64,000 bases of DNA from contig CP067995.1 in NCBI GenBank assembly GCA_045159875.1, positions 2,016,001 to 2,080,000 of the forward strand, in the 5' to 3' direction. Position numbers and translations under genes: made by a program. Below the pieces are notes generated by a model. The model was not told where the DNA came from. It ran no database searches and saw only the letters and a list, made by a program, of their open reading frames with translations. Source of the DNA: a cyanobacterium endosymbiont of Rhopalodia gibba. GTDB lineage: Bacteria; Cyanobacteriota; Cyanobacteriia; Cyanobacteriales; Microcystaceae. Positions 48,917 to 60,888 of the stretch are shown here, piece by piece. Numbering within the stretch: the first letter of the stretch is position 1; the number at the start of each line of letters is the position of its first letter.

Positions 48917-49516
48917 TTAAGGGTTAACGATTGAAGCACCATCAGGAATATCTAACTCTATTAAAGGACCGCGATCAAACACTTCAACATCCCATTGACC
49001 CCGTTTTGCTGTTTCAAAAACAATATAGCGTCCCTCCGGGCTAATCTGGGGATTTCTCACCCAACTTCGATACCCTTGGGTTAACAATTCAGCCTGTCGG
49101 GTAGCGCGATCATATAAAGCAATATCTGGCCGTCCTCGAATACTAGAAACATACACCAGATAGCGTCCTGTTCGGCTTAAACTGGGACTGTCGAGAACAA
49201 CATTATTCTGATTCAGTCCAGGTACATTGACTAACTGTTTTTCCCGCAAATCATAAAGTAAAATCTGACTAGTGCCATTACGATTAGAGACCAAAGCCAG
49301 CCAGTGTCCATCACCACTTAGGGCTGGTTGACCATCATTATAGCGACTATTAAGTCCACCTAAAGTTTGAGAACGGTTAATAAAATCACAAGAATTCAGT
49401 AAACTTATTAAAATCAATAGAACCAAGTAATGCAAAGACAAACATAGACCAAATTTTTTACTAGAAAGAAGTTTGGACAAATTTCCTGGGATTACTTTGA
49501 TTGCTCTAGTTTTCAC
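48917..49516 (-). CDS. TolB-like beta-propeller (PD40 repeat) lipoprotein
   Basis: LLNSC; PALSGDG, VSNRNG and PQISPEGRYIVF; paralog abutting the downstream gene; start uncertain. Confidence 0.85.
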   Translation of the reverse strand: MKTRAIKVIPGNLSKLLSSKKFGLCLSLHYLVLLILISLLNSCDFINRSQTLGGLNSRYNDGQPALSGDGHWLALVSNRNGTSQILLYDLREKQLVNVPGLNQNNVVLDSPSLSRTGRYLVYVSSIRGRPDIALYDRATRQAELLTQGYRSWVRNPQISPEGRYIVFETAKRGQWDVEVFDRGPLIELDIPDGASIVNP

Positions 49517-49531
49517 TTGAATTAATCGAGA

Positions 49532-50356
49532 TTAATAATCGAAACGAGTAGGATTCGAATCATCATCATAGTGATCAATCTTTGATTCTTGATCAGTACT
49601 TGATGGATTTGTTTCTTTTCCTAGCTTGCGTTGTGGTTGATCAATGGGCTGATAATCGACATAATTGTCTGGTGTAGCTTTTTCGAATGGAGGATTAGGA
49701 TGATAGTCTTGATCAGATGAGGTATGAAGAGGGTGTTCTCTAGAAGATCTAGGAGTAGTTTCTGAAGCTTGACGATCTGGACGAGGACGACGAGGGGTAG
49801 GAGGTTCCTCCCACATATCAAAAGAATCATTCCAGGCATCATATGATTGAGGGGAGGGTGAACTGGGGCGACGAGGACGACGTTGACGAGTAGGTTCACG
49901 CTCATTAGTAGAGCGACGAATACTCCTAGAACTACGAGGTTCTTCATACCCTCTTAACCGGCGGTTGTTAGCATATTCTGCTTCTTCTTCATATGGTTCG
50001 AGTCGATCCAATTCAGCCTCTGTGTAGACACGGGTTTTACTTACCCGACGCTCATCATCCACGACAGGAAAATTTCGTTTAGCTTGCTCTGTTGTCGCGC
50101 CTCGCAGTCGAATAGTTTCCACGGCAAAAAATATAGCTGAACCAGTGAGGAGAAACTGTCCAAACTGCAAAATAGGATCAAGTCGCCACCCTTGAAATAA
50201 TAGAATTAAGCCACATAGTAAACCTACTGCCGCAAAAAAGATATCATGGTCTCTCGATAATTCAGGGCGGACAGATCTTAAAAAATATAAGCCAGCTCCC
50301 GCCACTGCCAGAAATATACCAAGAATGCTGGCCGAATTCAACCCAAAATTTACCAT
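49532..50356 (-). CDS. ycf66: Ycf66 family protein
   Basis: MVNFGLNSASILGI...RPELSRDHDIFFAAVGLLCG..LFQGWRLDPILQFGQ plus a disordered R/P-rich tail. Confidence 0.93.
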   Translation of the reverse strand: MVNFGLNSASILGIFLAVAGAGLYFLRSVRPELSRDHDIFFAAVGLLCGLILLFQGWRLDPILQFGQFLLTGSAIFFAVETIRLRGATTEQAKRNFPVVDDERRVSKTRVYTEAELDRLEPYEEEAEYANNRRLRGYEEPRSSRSIRRSTNEREPTRQRRPRRPSSPSPQSYDAWNDSFDMWEEPPTPRRPRPDRQASETTPRSSREHPLHTSSDQDYHPNPPFEKATPDNYVDYQPIDQPQRKLGKETNPSSTDQESKIDHYDDDSNPTRFDY

Positions 50357-50488
50357 TACCCCTCTCTATATTCCATCTCTATAGTAGCGAGTTTTGACAA
50401 GGGATTTCTACTTTTTACTTCTAGGATATCTAGGGAACATCCCTGTCCTTAAAAACGTTAATATTTCGACTGGGACAAACGTTTTTAC

Positions 50489-50608
50489 TGTAGAATACCC
50501 GGTTGTGTCACTTTAACTAATAAAAATTGAACTAACTGTGATAGGGATAACGACGATAACATTTTTCAAAACCATACTCCACAATAAGTTCGCTAAATAA
50601 GGTGCCAT
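50489..50608 (-). pseudogene. psbX: Photosystem II PsbX pseudogene
   Basis: MAPYLANLLWSMVLKNVIVVIPITVSSIFIS*SDTTGYS versus PsbX consensus MTPSLANFLWSLVxGxxIVxIPxTVGLIFISQxDK; Gln to TAA at 50513-50515; lies upstream of ycf66. Confidence 0.85.
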
Positions 50609-50750
50609 ATAATTTTACACTTTTTGCTACGCTTATCTATCTTATCTATCTATCTTAAAAGGTGTTTAAACAATTCCGTCAAGGCAATAACTCGAATCAG
50701 GAGAGTCTCCAAACTCACTACAAGTCTTTCAGAGACAATTGTCGATTAGA

Positions 50751-51860
50751 TTATCTCTCTGTGATGGGAGACCATTTTTGTTCGCTTGGTCCGGTATATA
50801 TAGATTTAGGACGAATAATGCGGTCATGTTCGAGTTGTTCAAAACAATGAGCTAACCAGCCCACTACTCGACTAATTGTAAATGTACTAGTAAATAGAGG
50901 CGTAGGAATATCCAGTCCATGCAAAACTAGCGCGGTGTGATATTCAACGTTTGTTTTTATACTTCGGTGGGGTTTGTATTCTTTGAGTAGCCTTAAAGCA
51001 ATTCTCTCGACATCAATCGCAAGAGTCCAGAACTTGGAGGACCCCTTGTGGTGCCAAATATCCTCGGCTACTTCTGAAAGAAGTGTCGCTCGTGGATCTT
51101 TAACTCGATAAATGCGATGACCAAAACCCATTAAACGCTCTCTAGTTTCGAACTTATGCCGTAAATAAGGCTCTATCTCCGAAGGTTCTTTGATCTCTAA
51201 TAACATGTCAATGACTGGACCCGGTGCGCCCCCGTGAAGAATCCCCTTCAAAGCACCAATAGCTGCAGTTATAGCGGAGACAAAATCTGAGCGGGTTGAC
51301 ATCACTACTCGTGCAGCGAAAGTGGATGCGTTAAGTCCATGTTCTACAACTGTGTTGAGATAGGTTTCTAATCCTCGAACATGCTCGGGAGAGGAATCTT
51401 TTCCCGTAAGCATATAGAGGTAATTAGCTGCATGACCTAATTCTGGATGAGGAGCAATTATGTTTTTATTATTGATTAATCTCCAATAAGTTGCAGTAAT
51501 TACAGGAATTGATGCAATTATCTTAAGTGCACCATTAATCCCTTCTTTATCCATACGATGTGAACGCATATCCATTGATAGACAACTTACCCCAATCCGC
51601 AAAGCTTCTGTTGGCTCAATCTGATTCTCAGCTACACTCTTTAGGACGTCTAATATCTTGGGATCAAGATCTCGATGACCTAATAATTTCTCAGTGAGTT
51701 GCTCCAATTCACCTTGGGTAGGAAGATGGCTGTGTAGAAATAAAAAAACAATTTCCTCAAAGGAAGCATTAACGGCAAGTTCTTCAAACGGAAAACCCAA
51801 TATGGTCAACTTACCTAACTGCCCATCGATCTTACTGAGGTGATTGGGAATATTGTCCAT
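50751..51860 (-). CDS. Citrate synthase / methylcitrate synthase family enzyme (NVE type)
   Basis: EHGLNASTFAAR, LHGGA, LMGFGHRIY..DPRA, TNVEY and IIRP..IY motifs. Confidence 0.9.
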   Translation of the reverse strand: MDNIPNHLSKIDGQLGKLTILGFPFEELAVNASFEEIVFLFLHSHLPTQGELEQLTEKLLGHRDLDPKILDVLKSVAENQIEPTEALRIGVSCLSMDMRSHRMDKEGINGALKIIASIPVITATYWRLINNKNIIAPHPELGHAANYLYMLTGKDSSPEHVRGLETYLNTVVEHGLNASTFAARVVMSTRSDFVSAITAAIGALKGILHGGAPGPVIDMLLEIKEPSEIEPYLRHKFETRERLMGFGHRIYRVKDPRATLLSEVAEDIWHHKGSSKFWTLAIDVERIALRLLKEYKPHRSIKTNVEYHTALVLHGLDIPTPLFTSTFTISRVVGWLAHCFEQLEHDRIIRPKSIYTGPSEQKWSPITER

Positions 51861-52176
51861 ATATTTCTATAATCTGACTGACTGAGATAGCTATCATACC
51901 GCAAGCTTCCATATATCGTAGCATAGTCAGATTATATATTGACCACTTAGGTAAAAAGCTTTGAAAGACTTATATATTGCGCATTATGTCTCTATTTTTA
52001 GTTAATTAAGATGCGCTATTAGAAGGATTTTTACATCCTCAAAAAAAATCATCTTCTAAGCTAAGGCGACAAGAGCTATATTGCATGACTATAATTTTTC
52101 CATAAGTCATCCTTTAGTTTAGATATTAAAAACAACAGTTAACCCTTTTATTAGGGATTAACTATTATCTAGCTAG

Positions 52177-53988
52177 TTACTGTGAATCTAATTTTAAGAC
52201 GGCCATAAACGCTTCTTGGGGAACATCAACAGTTCCAATAGACTTCATTCGTTTTTTTCCTTTAGCTTGTTTTTGTAATAGTTTCTTTTTACGAGAAATG
52301 TCTCCTCCATAACATTTCGCTAACACATCTTTCCGCAGTGCAGGAATATGTTCACTAGCAATCACTTTTGCACCAATCGCCGCTTGAATAGGAACCTTAA
52401 ATTGATGACGGGGAATCAACTCTTTAAGTTTTTCTGTTAAAGCGCGACCGACGAAATAGGCTTTATCTCGGTGGATAATTATAGCCAAAGCATCTACCCT
52501 ATCTCCATTCACAAGAATATCTAATTTAACTAAGGGGTTTTCTCGATAGCCGATTAAATGATATTCCATACTTGCATAACCCCGTGATCGCGACTTTAAT
52601 TGATCAAAAAAGTCAGTAACCACTTCAGCCAAAGGCAATTCATAAGTCAAAGCAGTTCTTGATAAGGTGAAGTAACGCATATCCTTAAATATCCCACGGC
52701 GATTTTGACATAATTCCATCAATGTCCCCACATAAGTTTCAGGGGTAATCATTTCTACTTGGATATAAGGTTCTTCAATTTTCTCTTGTTTTTGAGGTGG
52801 AGGAAGTAAACTAGGATTGTCAATTTTAATAACTTCTCCATCGACAGTGGTAACGCGATAAATTACTGATGGTGCCGTGGTAATTAAATCGAGATTGTAT
52901 TCTCTTTCGAGTCTTTCTTGGACAATTTCCATATGAAGCAATCCCAAGAAACCACAACGGAAACCAAACCCCATCGCGCTGGAGGTTTCAGGTTCATAGG
53001 ATAAAGCTGCATCATTGAGTTTAAGCTTATCTAAGGCTTCGCGTAGATCTTCATATTGATCCGCATCGGTAGGAAATAAGCCGCAAAAGACCATTGGTCT
53101 AGCCTCAGTATAGCCTGGAAGAGGTTTTTCAGCTGGTTCTGTAGCCAGAGTAATCGTATCTCCAACTCGCGCATTTTCTACTGTTTTGATTGCTGCGGCT
53201 AGATAGCCTACTTCCCCAGCGTGTAGACTATTTACTTGGACTTGGTTAGGAGAAAGAACCCCCAACTCATCGAGATCGTATTCTTTGCCAGAGGCCATTA
53301 ACCGAATGCGATCATCATTCTTAACAGTTCCATCCATAACGCGGAAATAAACAATAACTCCTCGATAAGGATCATAATAGCTGTCAAAAATCAAAGCCCT
53401 CAGGGGCTTATCCAACATATCTTCTGGTGGAGGAACTAGATGAACAATAGACTCTAAAATTTCATCAACTCCGATACCATTTTTAGCGGATGCCTTGATA
53501 ATATTGTTGCAATCAAGACCGACTACTTCTTCAATTTCATTAGCCACCCGTTCTGGCTCAGACCCTGGCAGGTCAATTTTATTTAAAATGGGAATAATCT
53601 CTAAGTTATTTTCCAAAGCTAAATAAACATTAGCCAAGGTTTGGGCTTCTACCCCTTGGGACGAGTCCACCACCAACAAAGCTCCTTCACAAGCTGCTAA
53701 AGAACGAGACACCTCATAAGAAAAGTCTACATGTCCAGGAGTATCAATAAGGTTAAGAACATATTCTTCGCCGTCTTTAGCAATATAGTTCATTCGCGCT
53801 GCCTGTAGTTTGATCGTAATTCCTCGCTCCCGTTCTAGATCCATATTGTCAAGGAATTGCTCTTTCATCTGTCTTTGTTCTACAGTTCCAGTATCTTGCA
53901 ACATACGGTCAGCCAGAGTAGACTTACCGTGGTCGATGTGGGCAATGATAGAGAAGTTACGAATACGAGAAACAGGAACGTCGGTCAT
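52177..53988 (-). CDS. lepA: Elongation factor 4
   Basis: [28 protein letters not shown] and [14 protein letters not shown]; start reassigned to ATG 53988 ([11 protein letters not shown]). Confidence 0.98.
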   Translation of the reverse strand: MTDVPVSRIRNFSIIAHIDHGKSTLADRMLQDTGTVEQRQMKEQFLDNMDLERERGITIKLQAARMNYIAKDGEEYVLNLIDTPGHVDFSYEVSRSLAACEGALLVVDSSQGVEAQTLANVYLALENNLEIIPILNKIDLPGSEPERVANEIEEVVGLDCNNIIKASAKNGIGVDEILESIVHLVPPPEDMLDKPLRALIFDSYYDPYRGVIVYFRVMDGTVKNDDRIRLMASGKEYDLDELGVLSPNQVQVNSLHAGEVGYLAAAIKTVENARVGDTITLATEPAEKPLPGYTEARPMVFCGLFPTDADQYEDLREALDKLKLNDAALSYEPETSSAMGFGFRCGFLGLLHMEIVQERLEREYNLDLITTAPSVIYRVTTVDGEVIKIDNPSLLPPPQKQEKIEEPYIQVEMITPETYVGTLMELCQNRRGIFKDMRYFTLSRTALTYELPLAEVVTDFFDQLKSRSRGYASMEYHLIGYRENPLVKLDILVNGDRVDALAIIIHRDKAYFVGRALTEKLKELIPRHQFKVPIQAAIGAKVIASEHIPALRKDVLAKCYGGDISRKKKLLQKQAKGKKRMKSIGTVDVPQEAFMAVLKLDSQ

Positions 53989-55365
53989 ATAGTTTCTAAT
54001 GAGAATAGGTTTAGCATAATTTAGAACTTCTTCATTATTCATTGTAATAGTGATTTTGCTAAATACTGCTAAGTCCTTGAACATAATTTTAAGTTATTGA
54101 ACTGAGAGTCCTCCTTTTTCCTTTCAGATAGTTGTTGTCCTCTAAACCTGGAATTCTTGATTAGTTGATGATAGATGTTCATTGGCTAAATTTAATACTC
54201 TCAGTTATTGATTTAGCTCTTGAAAATATTATGATTACTTAATTTATCGGGAAAGTTCAGTACAGAAAAGATACTAAATATAACAGGCTCACAAAGAGTT
54301 GTATAAATAGATGAGGTCAAAATACTGCTATATTCAAGAAATATATACAACGTTATAAAGAAACAGCAATTGAGTGCGTACAAGCAATCTATTTAATTTT
54401 TAAAAAAAATATTAAAAATAATATTAAAATAATTAAATTTATATTTTTTAAAAAAATTAAAATCTTAAATTAAACCTAGTAAATAAGAAAATAACACCAA
54501 GTAAAAGAGCATGGAATTGCTAAATTGATTAGATAATATGAGTGTGTCTTGTAAAAAAGTTGTCTGATTGCTTGATGGTAGTAGTGGTTCACATATTAAC
54601 TAAAACTACGAACAGAAATTAAAAGGATAAAGATGGGAGAGACTTTCAAGCAGTTTTTCTCTTCAGATTTTTATCTTGGATTAGGATAAATTGTAGAGGA
54701 CGATTTTAAAAAACAGCCGATATTAATGAGGGGCTAAGATTAATAAAGGTTACAAAAGTAGGATAATAAAGTTTTAGTTAGGTTAAAAAAAAGTTAGAAA
54801 AAATAATAGTTTTGACATGACAGCAACTGAATTAGAAGTTGAAGAAACAGAATTTAATTTAAATTAAGTAGATAAGGTTGTCGAAGATTTTAGTAATAAA
54901 ATACTTTTTAAGGGTTTGCGCTAGATTCAACTTTTTAGCAGAGCTTAAGTTTTCTGGGGACAGTAAAAGTACTTAAGTATTCGAGCTAACTTTTCTTAAT
55001 GTTAAATGACGACTTTGTAGGAATCTTCTAGTATATAGAATAACCCTACAACCACTTATCCATCAGTGTCAACAGGCTTTATATTGATGTGCTCAATTTA
55101 CCACTTTCTTCAGCTCATCGTCTGAATAGCTATGGCAAAAACTAGTGAAGCTTTACAAGTTAGTCTGGTTATTAACATATGCCTCAAGGAGATATTGAAG
55201 CATATTTTTAAGTAAAATTAAGGTATTATCGTTAATTATGAGTTATTATTCTAGATAACTTAGAAAAAATTTATAAAGTAATAGTCATTAAGGTAATTAT
55301 TTTACCGTTCAGTGTTACAACAAATCCTAATTAAAATAGGACTAGTATATTAAGGATGAAGTTTA

Positions 55366-55932
55366 ATGGCTTTTAATTCTCTCAATCATTTAATAATTGA
55401 TTTAACTAAGCAACCTGGATGGGCGCAATATCAACGCTATTACCGTCTATGCCAATGTTGGAATGATGTGATTGATCCCAAAATTGTTTCCCATACTCGA
55501 CCCTTATACATTCAAAGAAATTCACTCTGGGTAGCTACATCAAGTTCAGTTTGGGCTCAACATTTATCGTTACAACGTCACTTTTTCCTCAAAAGCATTA
55601 ATGCTCGATTTACTGAAGAACCTCTTGTTGATATTCGTTTTTCGTCAGCTAAGTGGCATGATTCTAAACTCGTTACAGATACCTTTGTTGAATCATCTCA
55701 TCCGAGTAAGATTGATTTTTTAGCTCCTTTGCCTCAGACTACGTCTAATAGCTTTACGACTCCAGCAATCGCTTTCCAACGCTGGACTGAGTTAATAAAA
55801 GCGAGAGCACAAGGTATGTCATTATGTCCTCAATGTCATTGTCCAACACCACCCGGTGAACTCAAACGTTGGTCACTGTGTATGCATTGTGCTACCAAAC
55901 AATGGCAGACTAATTCTACTTATTCTCAGTAA
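55366..55932 (+). CDS. DUF721/DciA-family protein with C-terminal zinc ribbon
   Basis: W..VI...I..HTRP..IQR..LWVATSSSVWAQHL; CPQC...CMHC. Confidence 0.85.
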   Translation: MAFNSLNHLIIDLTKQPGWAQYQRYYRLCQCWNDVIDPKIVSHTRPLYIQRNSLWVATSSSVWAQHLSLQRHFFLKSINARFTEEPLVDIRFSSAKWHDSKLVTDTFVESSHPSKIDFLAPLPQTTSNSFTTPAIAFQRWTELIKARAQGMSLCPQCHCPTPPGELKRWSLCMHCATKQWQTNSTYSQ

Positions 55933-56565
55933 TTTTACTTAAGTTAAAGAATTATTTTTGAAGAGTTTATTTAGATAAACCCATTATGGTATTGCTAGCC
56001 GCTTTTTTCATACTTAATCTCTATAGGTTCATCTAAATTAAAATCTATATTTTTTTAGGTATTAATATATATTTAATATTTAAGTAATCTATAAAACTAT
56101 TAGATATATTATTAATCTAATAATTTAGACTCAGAAATTTTTTTTTATTGGTAAAATATTTCTTTGTCCTATTTCTTGACAAGAACTACTGATTTTCTAG
56201 TCTGTTTTTGTCGTAATTATCAAATGGAAGGACGTCGGAGAAAAATATGCTAGCAGTTAAAACTGAATAGAAAGCTTACGGACCCTAGCAGTTCGACTTT
56301 TTACTACCCATTTGGAAAATTTTGGACAAGTTATCTAATTACAAAATACTTTAATAACAAAGTACTGCATTAATTCAGTCAGGGTTTTTATCTCTGAACT
56401 TGAAAATCATTCCCCTGTGAGAATAACGTCTATTTAAATGAAATATCAATCTTAACGTTAACAACTTTAATCTTTAAAAGAGCTCGTATCAGCTTTGTAT
56501 GAGCGCAATTTTAAGTTAAATTAAGAGCCAAAGGTTGAACATCGACTTAGAAAATAGGCCATAAC

Positions 56566-57243
56566 ATGACTTTTATTTTGACCAATGATGATGGGATAGA
56601 TTCCCCTGGAATTCGTGCATTACACAATGCCCTAGGAGGACAAGGGGTTATTGTCGCTCCTAAAGAACAACACTCAGGCTGTGGTCATCGCGTCACGACT
56701 AATAAACCTATTCATCTCAAAAAGCGGTCTGACAGTGAATATGTTGTAGATGGAACCCCTGCAGACTGTACTCGTCTAGCTTTAACTCAAGTGGCTAAAG
56801 AAACAAAATGGGTGCTGTCAGGGATCAATGCCGGAGGAAATCTAGGAGTGGATATCTACATTTCAGGGACGGTAGCTGCTGTTAGAGAAGCAGCTATACA
56901 TGGAGTTCCAGGCGTTGCCATTTCCCATTGGATTAAGCGCCCTTTAGTCATCGATTGGGACCTAGCAACAAAATGGACAGCTAAAGTATTAGAGAAGCTA
57001 TGGAGTTATCCTTTGTCTTCTGGAAGTTTTTGGAATGTCAATTTGCCTCATTTAGAGCTCGGTTCCCCAGAACCAGAAATTGTATTTTGTGAAAGGAGCA
57101 CCCATCCCTTACCGGTGAACTATTGGGCTCAAGGAGAGTTTTATTATTATCAAGGGGAATATGCTAAACGACAGCGATCACAAGGAACAGATGTAGATAT
57201 TTGTTTTTCTGGCAATATTACAGTAACACTGATTAACATTTAG
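56566..57243 (+). CDS. surE: 5'/3'-nucleotidase SurE
   Basis: ILTNDDGI, DGTPADC, SGINAGGN and SGTVAA motifs. Confidence 0.95.
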   Translation: MTFILTNDDGIDSPGIRALHNALGGQGVIVAPKEQHSGCGHRVTTNKPIHLKKRSDSEYVVDGTPADCTRLALTQVAKETKWVLSGINAGGNLGVDIYISGTVAAVREAAIHGVPGVAISHWIKRPLVIDWDLATKWTAKVLEKLWSYPLSSGSFWNVNLPHLELGSPEPEIVFCERSTHPLPVNYWAQGEFYYYQGEYAKRQRSQGTDVDICFSGNITVTLINI

Positions 57244-58446
57244 TAAAAACTACCAGTGTTATCAACAATTAATTTTAAGAGCAACTGTTGCAAAAAACAC
57301 TTTATCATATCAGCATTATTAATGTTATCAATTTTTTCTGATTTTTCTGACTGCTTGGATGCAAGTAATATTTAGAATTTTAACTAATAATTACAGGCTG
57401 TTAGTCATTGCTTATTTCATCTTTTTAAGTTTCATCTTAGAAAAGATAAATTACTGAAGAATTACTATTGACTATGGAAATTTTGTTTGGATAAATAGGT
57501 AATCTACTAAGATTAGCCGTAGTGATTGTGAGATTATTGTTGGTAACAAACAATAGATTTGTAGCCGTAATAGTGGTAGCTGTGAGGTTCATTCTCTTAT
57601 CCATTATGTTACGTCACAGCTTACACCCAAAAACTAGTGATATGAGTAGTTATTACATCAAAAATATTAGAAAAATTAATTACTGGCAGTGTAGTCTTAG
57701 TAGTTCTTATTGATCAATCAAGAATACCTGCCAAACATTATTTATTAATTAAATCATTCTTGATTTGATGATGGTGGAGGCGTTTTATCTTTAGGCTATT
57801 ATTGTAGTTTTTTTGTATTTTTATATTGCTATCTATTAACTAATAAAAAGAAGTCTCAATCAAAAAACTTTATTTTAACAATTTTTATGACTTATATTAC
57901 TGCCGTTACTATTATTAGTATTGGTATTAAAGACTATTTTTTTGACTATATTTCCTAGACATATATACATTTTTAGAGTTAGAAACTACTAGAGCAGCAG
58001 TATATAATAATCTATTAAGTTTAGTTACTTTAAAAGAAGTTTTAATGGAATATGACGAGTTATAGCTATAGTAATTTTTATCTGTTTCAATAGTCTTTTG
58101 TTAGTCTTATATTTTAAACATTAGAGAGTGATTACTTCATGTTAGTTACATTAGGAAATCCAACCAGATAATAAATTAAATTTTGATGAGTTAGTATAAT
58201 AACTTTTATTTAATGTTTCTTTGTTTACATTTCAAAAATTGTTTTTATTATTATTCATATTTTAAAACTGATTGATAAAAAATTAGACCTAGATTTAGGT
58301 TACATGAGCTAATCATAACAGCTAATTTATAGAACTAATTTTTTTAACTTATTTTATCTTATTTAAGTCGTGGAGAAATCACTTTTATTCTATTTAAAAT
58401 ATTGCTCCTGATTTTAATTATTATTTTGTCTTAATTGGTTCATTTT

Positions 58447-58500
58447 TTATTCTCTTTAAATTGTTTATAGTTTTAACTATAAACAATTTAAAGAGAATAA
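58447..58500. repeat. Near-perfect 54-bp palindrome
   Basis: TTATTCTCTTTAAATTGTTTATAGTT-TT-AACTATAAACAATTTAAAGAGAATAA, 26-bp arms. Confidence 0.9.
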
Positions 58501-59432
58501 GGAACATTCTATATATAGAAATTATATCTATTCTAGAACGCACCAGCATATTAGGTTTTAAAAACTAATAGTTTCATCACTTTAAAGTTTGTAAAAATTT
58601 TGTCAGTATCATACAGGCAATTGGCACAAAACTTGGGATATAAATATCTCTTTAAAAGAAATAATTTAAAACATTAAAAGTTTTTAAGACAAGAAAAATA
58701 TTGAAATTTTTAAAAAGTGAAATAAAAAAATGACTTAGATGACGAATTACTATATTTTTTAAATACTTAAAAATTATAGTGAAAGTTTATAATAATCATT
58801 AATTAAATCAGGCTATTTGAAAGATTTGAACAGGAATAGCAAAAAATACTAGACTATGTTGTGTCTTTTTCAATAGCTACTTTACAAAAATGATTATAAA
58901 ATTTAGCAGAGTATTATTTGTCTTTGCATTTTAATATTGGCTAATTGACTCTAATATTTTAGAACGTGTTTAGAACGTGAAATCAGGTTTTTATTTTTCT
59001 AAGTTAACTAATTTTTCTCTCAAAGTATTTACTGATAATTATTTAAGTTTCTATTTATTAAAACCACAAGTAAAAAAAATATTATCAATAATAAATCTAA
59101 TAAATATTAAGTTTTATCCTCAAAGAATTTACTACCTACATAAAAGATAGATATTAATAGTTTAAGTGTTAAAGAACTTAAAAAAAATAACTGGTTCATA
59201 TTTAAGAAGTTTCACTGCAATAAAATAATGGATTTTCTATTTACTACCTATAAATTGCTCAATATACACAAAACTTTTAGACTTAATTATTTATTGTTTC
59301 ACTTGAACTTTAAATAATTAGAAGATTATGTTTATATTTATAATACATTTTATACAGTAAAAATTTTTATAAAGTGGATAGAATAAAAAATAACCAAAAA
59401 ATACTGCATTTATTAATTTTTTTATATAAAGA

Positions 59433-59453
59433 GGTGGGCAATGCCCACCATAC
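59433..59453 (-). repeat. Cyanobacterial REP-like palindrome just after the lpdA stop (probable terminator role)
   Basis: Minus strand GTATGGTGGGCATTGCCCACC, resembling the GTAG-headed GGTGGGCA(A/T)TGCCCACC repeats. Confidence 0.65.
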
Positions 59454-59457
59454 AAAA

Positions 59458-60888
59458 TTAAATTCCTGAATCAGCCCGTTTAAATGCTTCATCAATAACT
59501 TCCGATAAAGTAGGATGAGTATGAATATTAAACGCCAAGTTTTGTACAGACTGATGTTGAGCAATTGCATTGGCTGCTTCTTGAATTAAATCTGAGGCAT
59601 GAATCCCAATAATGTGGACTCCCAATACCTCCCCTGTACCCTGATGATAAATTACTTTAGCAATACCATCGGTTTCCCCTTCTGCTAAGGCTTTAGAATT
59701 ACTCTTAAAATGAGTTTTAACCGAGGCTATTGTAAATCCTTCTTTTTCCCCTAATTCTCTCGCTGCGGGTTCAGTTAACCCAACATAACTAATTTCGGGA
59801 TGGGTAAAAGCAGCAGCCGGAATGCTACGATAATTAATCGTTCTATCTCGTCCACAAATATTTTCTACTGCGATCACTCCTTGTCCTGAAGCAGCATGGG
59901 CTAACATCATTTTGCCTGTTGCATCTCCCACAGCCCACAAGTGAGGGACAATTTTCCCGTCTGATAAGACTTCTAAGCGATCATTAACGGAAATAAATCC
60001 TCCTTGAGTTTCAATACCAATGTTTTCCAATCCCAAGTTTTTCGTTGCAGGAATACGTCCAGTTGCTACTAAACAAGCATCTACTTCTAGGAAATCTACA
60101 ACTTCTTTTGTCTTTGCATCAGTTAATTCAATGGTAACAGGAGAACCTGGGATAACTTTGGTAGCAAATACACCAGAATATGTTTCGATATCACGAGGTT
60201 TAATTAATACCCGTTCAGCAATTTTTGAAATTTCTGGATCAAAGCCTGGCATCAGATTATCTAATGCTTCAATCATCGTTACTTCACATCCAAGGGCTGT
60301 ATAGATATCTGAAAATTCTAACCCAATATAACCACTACCAATAATTGCTATCCACTCGGGCAAAATTTCTAATTTAACTGCCTCATCACTGGTGAAAACA
60401 GTTTTATGGTCAATTTCAATACCATGAGGGATAAAAGGAACTGACCCAGGACACAATATAATATCTTTTGCAGTGATAAATTTTTCCTCGTCATTAGTTA
60501 ACACACTAATTCTTTGGTTGTCAATGATTTTTCCCCATCCTTTGATGGTGTCAACTTTAAGACGTTTTAAACTTTTGGTAAGATCACCCCGAATTTTATT
60601 AACTAAATTGGTAGCATGATCCGCGATCGCTTCTCGTTGAAAACCCACTCCATTGACTTGAATTCCTAAACTATTAAGGTGATGAGTATTTTGTAATTCT
60701 CTTACCCTTCCTGATGCAGCTAGGAGGGCTTTAGATGGAATACACCCTCGATTAACACAGGTTCCTCCCATGTCTTTTGCTTCAATGATAGCGGTTTTTA
60801 GTCCACAATTAACGGCATGAATAGCTGCCCCATGACCTCCGACTCCTGCGCCAATAATAACTAGATCATAATCAAACCGAGCACTCAT
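59458..60888 (-). CDS. lpdA: Dihydrolipoyl dehydrogenase (E3)
   Basis: [21 protein letters not shown] redox disulfide, [10 protein letters not shown] and HTHPTLSE. Confidence 0.97.
   Translation of the reverse strand: MSARFDYDLVIIGAGVGGHGAAIHAVNCGLKTAIIEAKDMGGTCVNRGCIPSKALLAASGRVRELQNTHHLNSLGIQVNGVGFQREAIADHATNLVNKIRGDLTKSLKRLKVDTIKGWGKIIDNQRISVLTNDEEKFITAKDIILCPGSVPFIPHGIEIDHKTVFTSDEAVKLEILPEWIAIIGSGYIGLEFSDIYTALGCEVTMIEALDNLMPGFDPEISKIAERVLIKPRDIETYSGVFATKVIPGSPVTIELTDAKTKEVVDFLEVDACLVATGRIPATKNLGLENIGIETQGGFISVNDRLEVLSDGKIVPHLWAVGDATGKMMLAHAASGQGVIAVENICGRDRTINYRSIPAAAFTHPEISYVGLTEPAARELGEKEGFTIASVKTHFKSNSKALAEGETDGIAKVIYHQGTGEVLGVHIIGIHASDLIQEAANAIAQHQSVQNLAFNIHTHPTLSEVIDEAFKRADSGI

Noticed and set aside
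49621..49947. 108-aa alternative-frame ORF within ycf66
   Set aside because: It is a by-product of the repetitive R/P-rich ycf66 tail
54900..55200. Minus-strand fragment LQYLLEAYVNNQTNL*SFTSFCHSYSDDEL resembling a nitrite/sulfite reductase C-terminus
   Set aside because: Similarity is too short to support without a profile search
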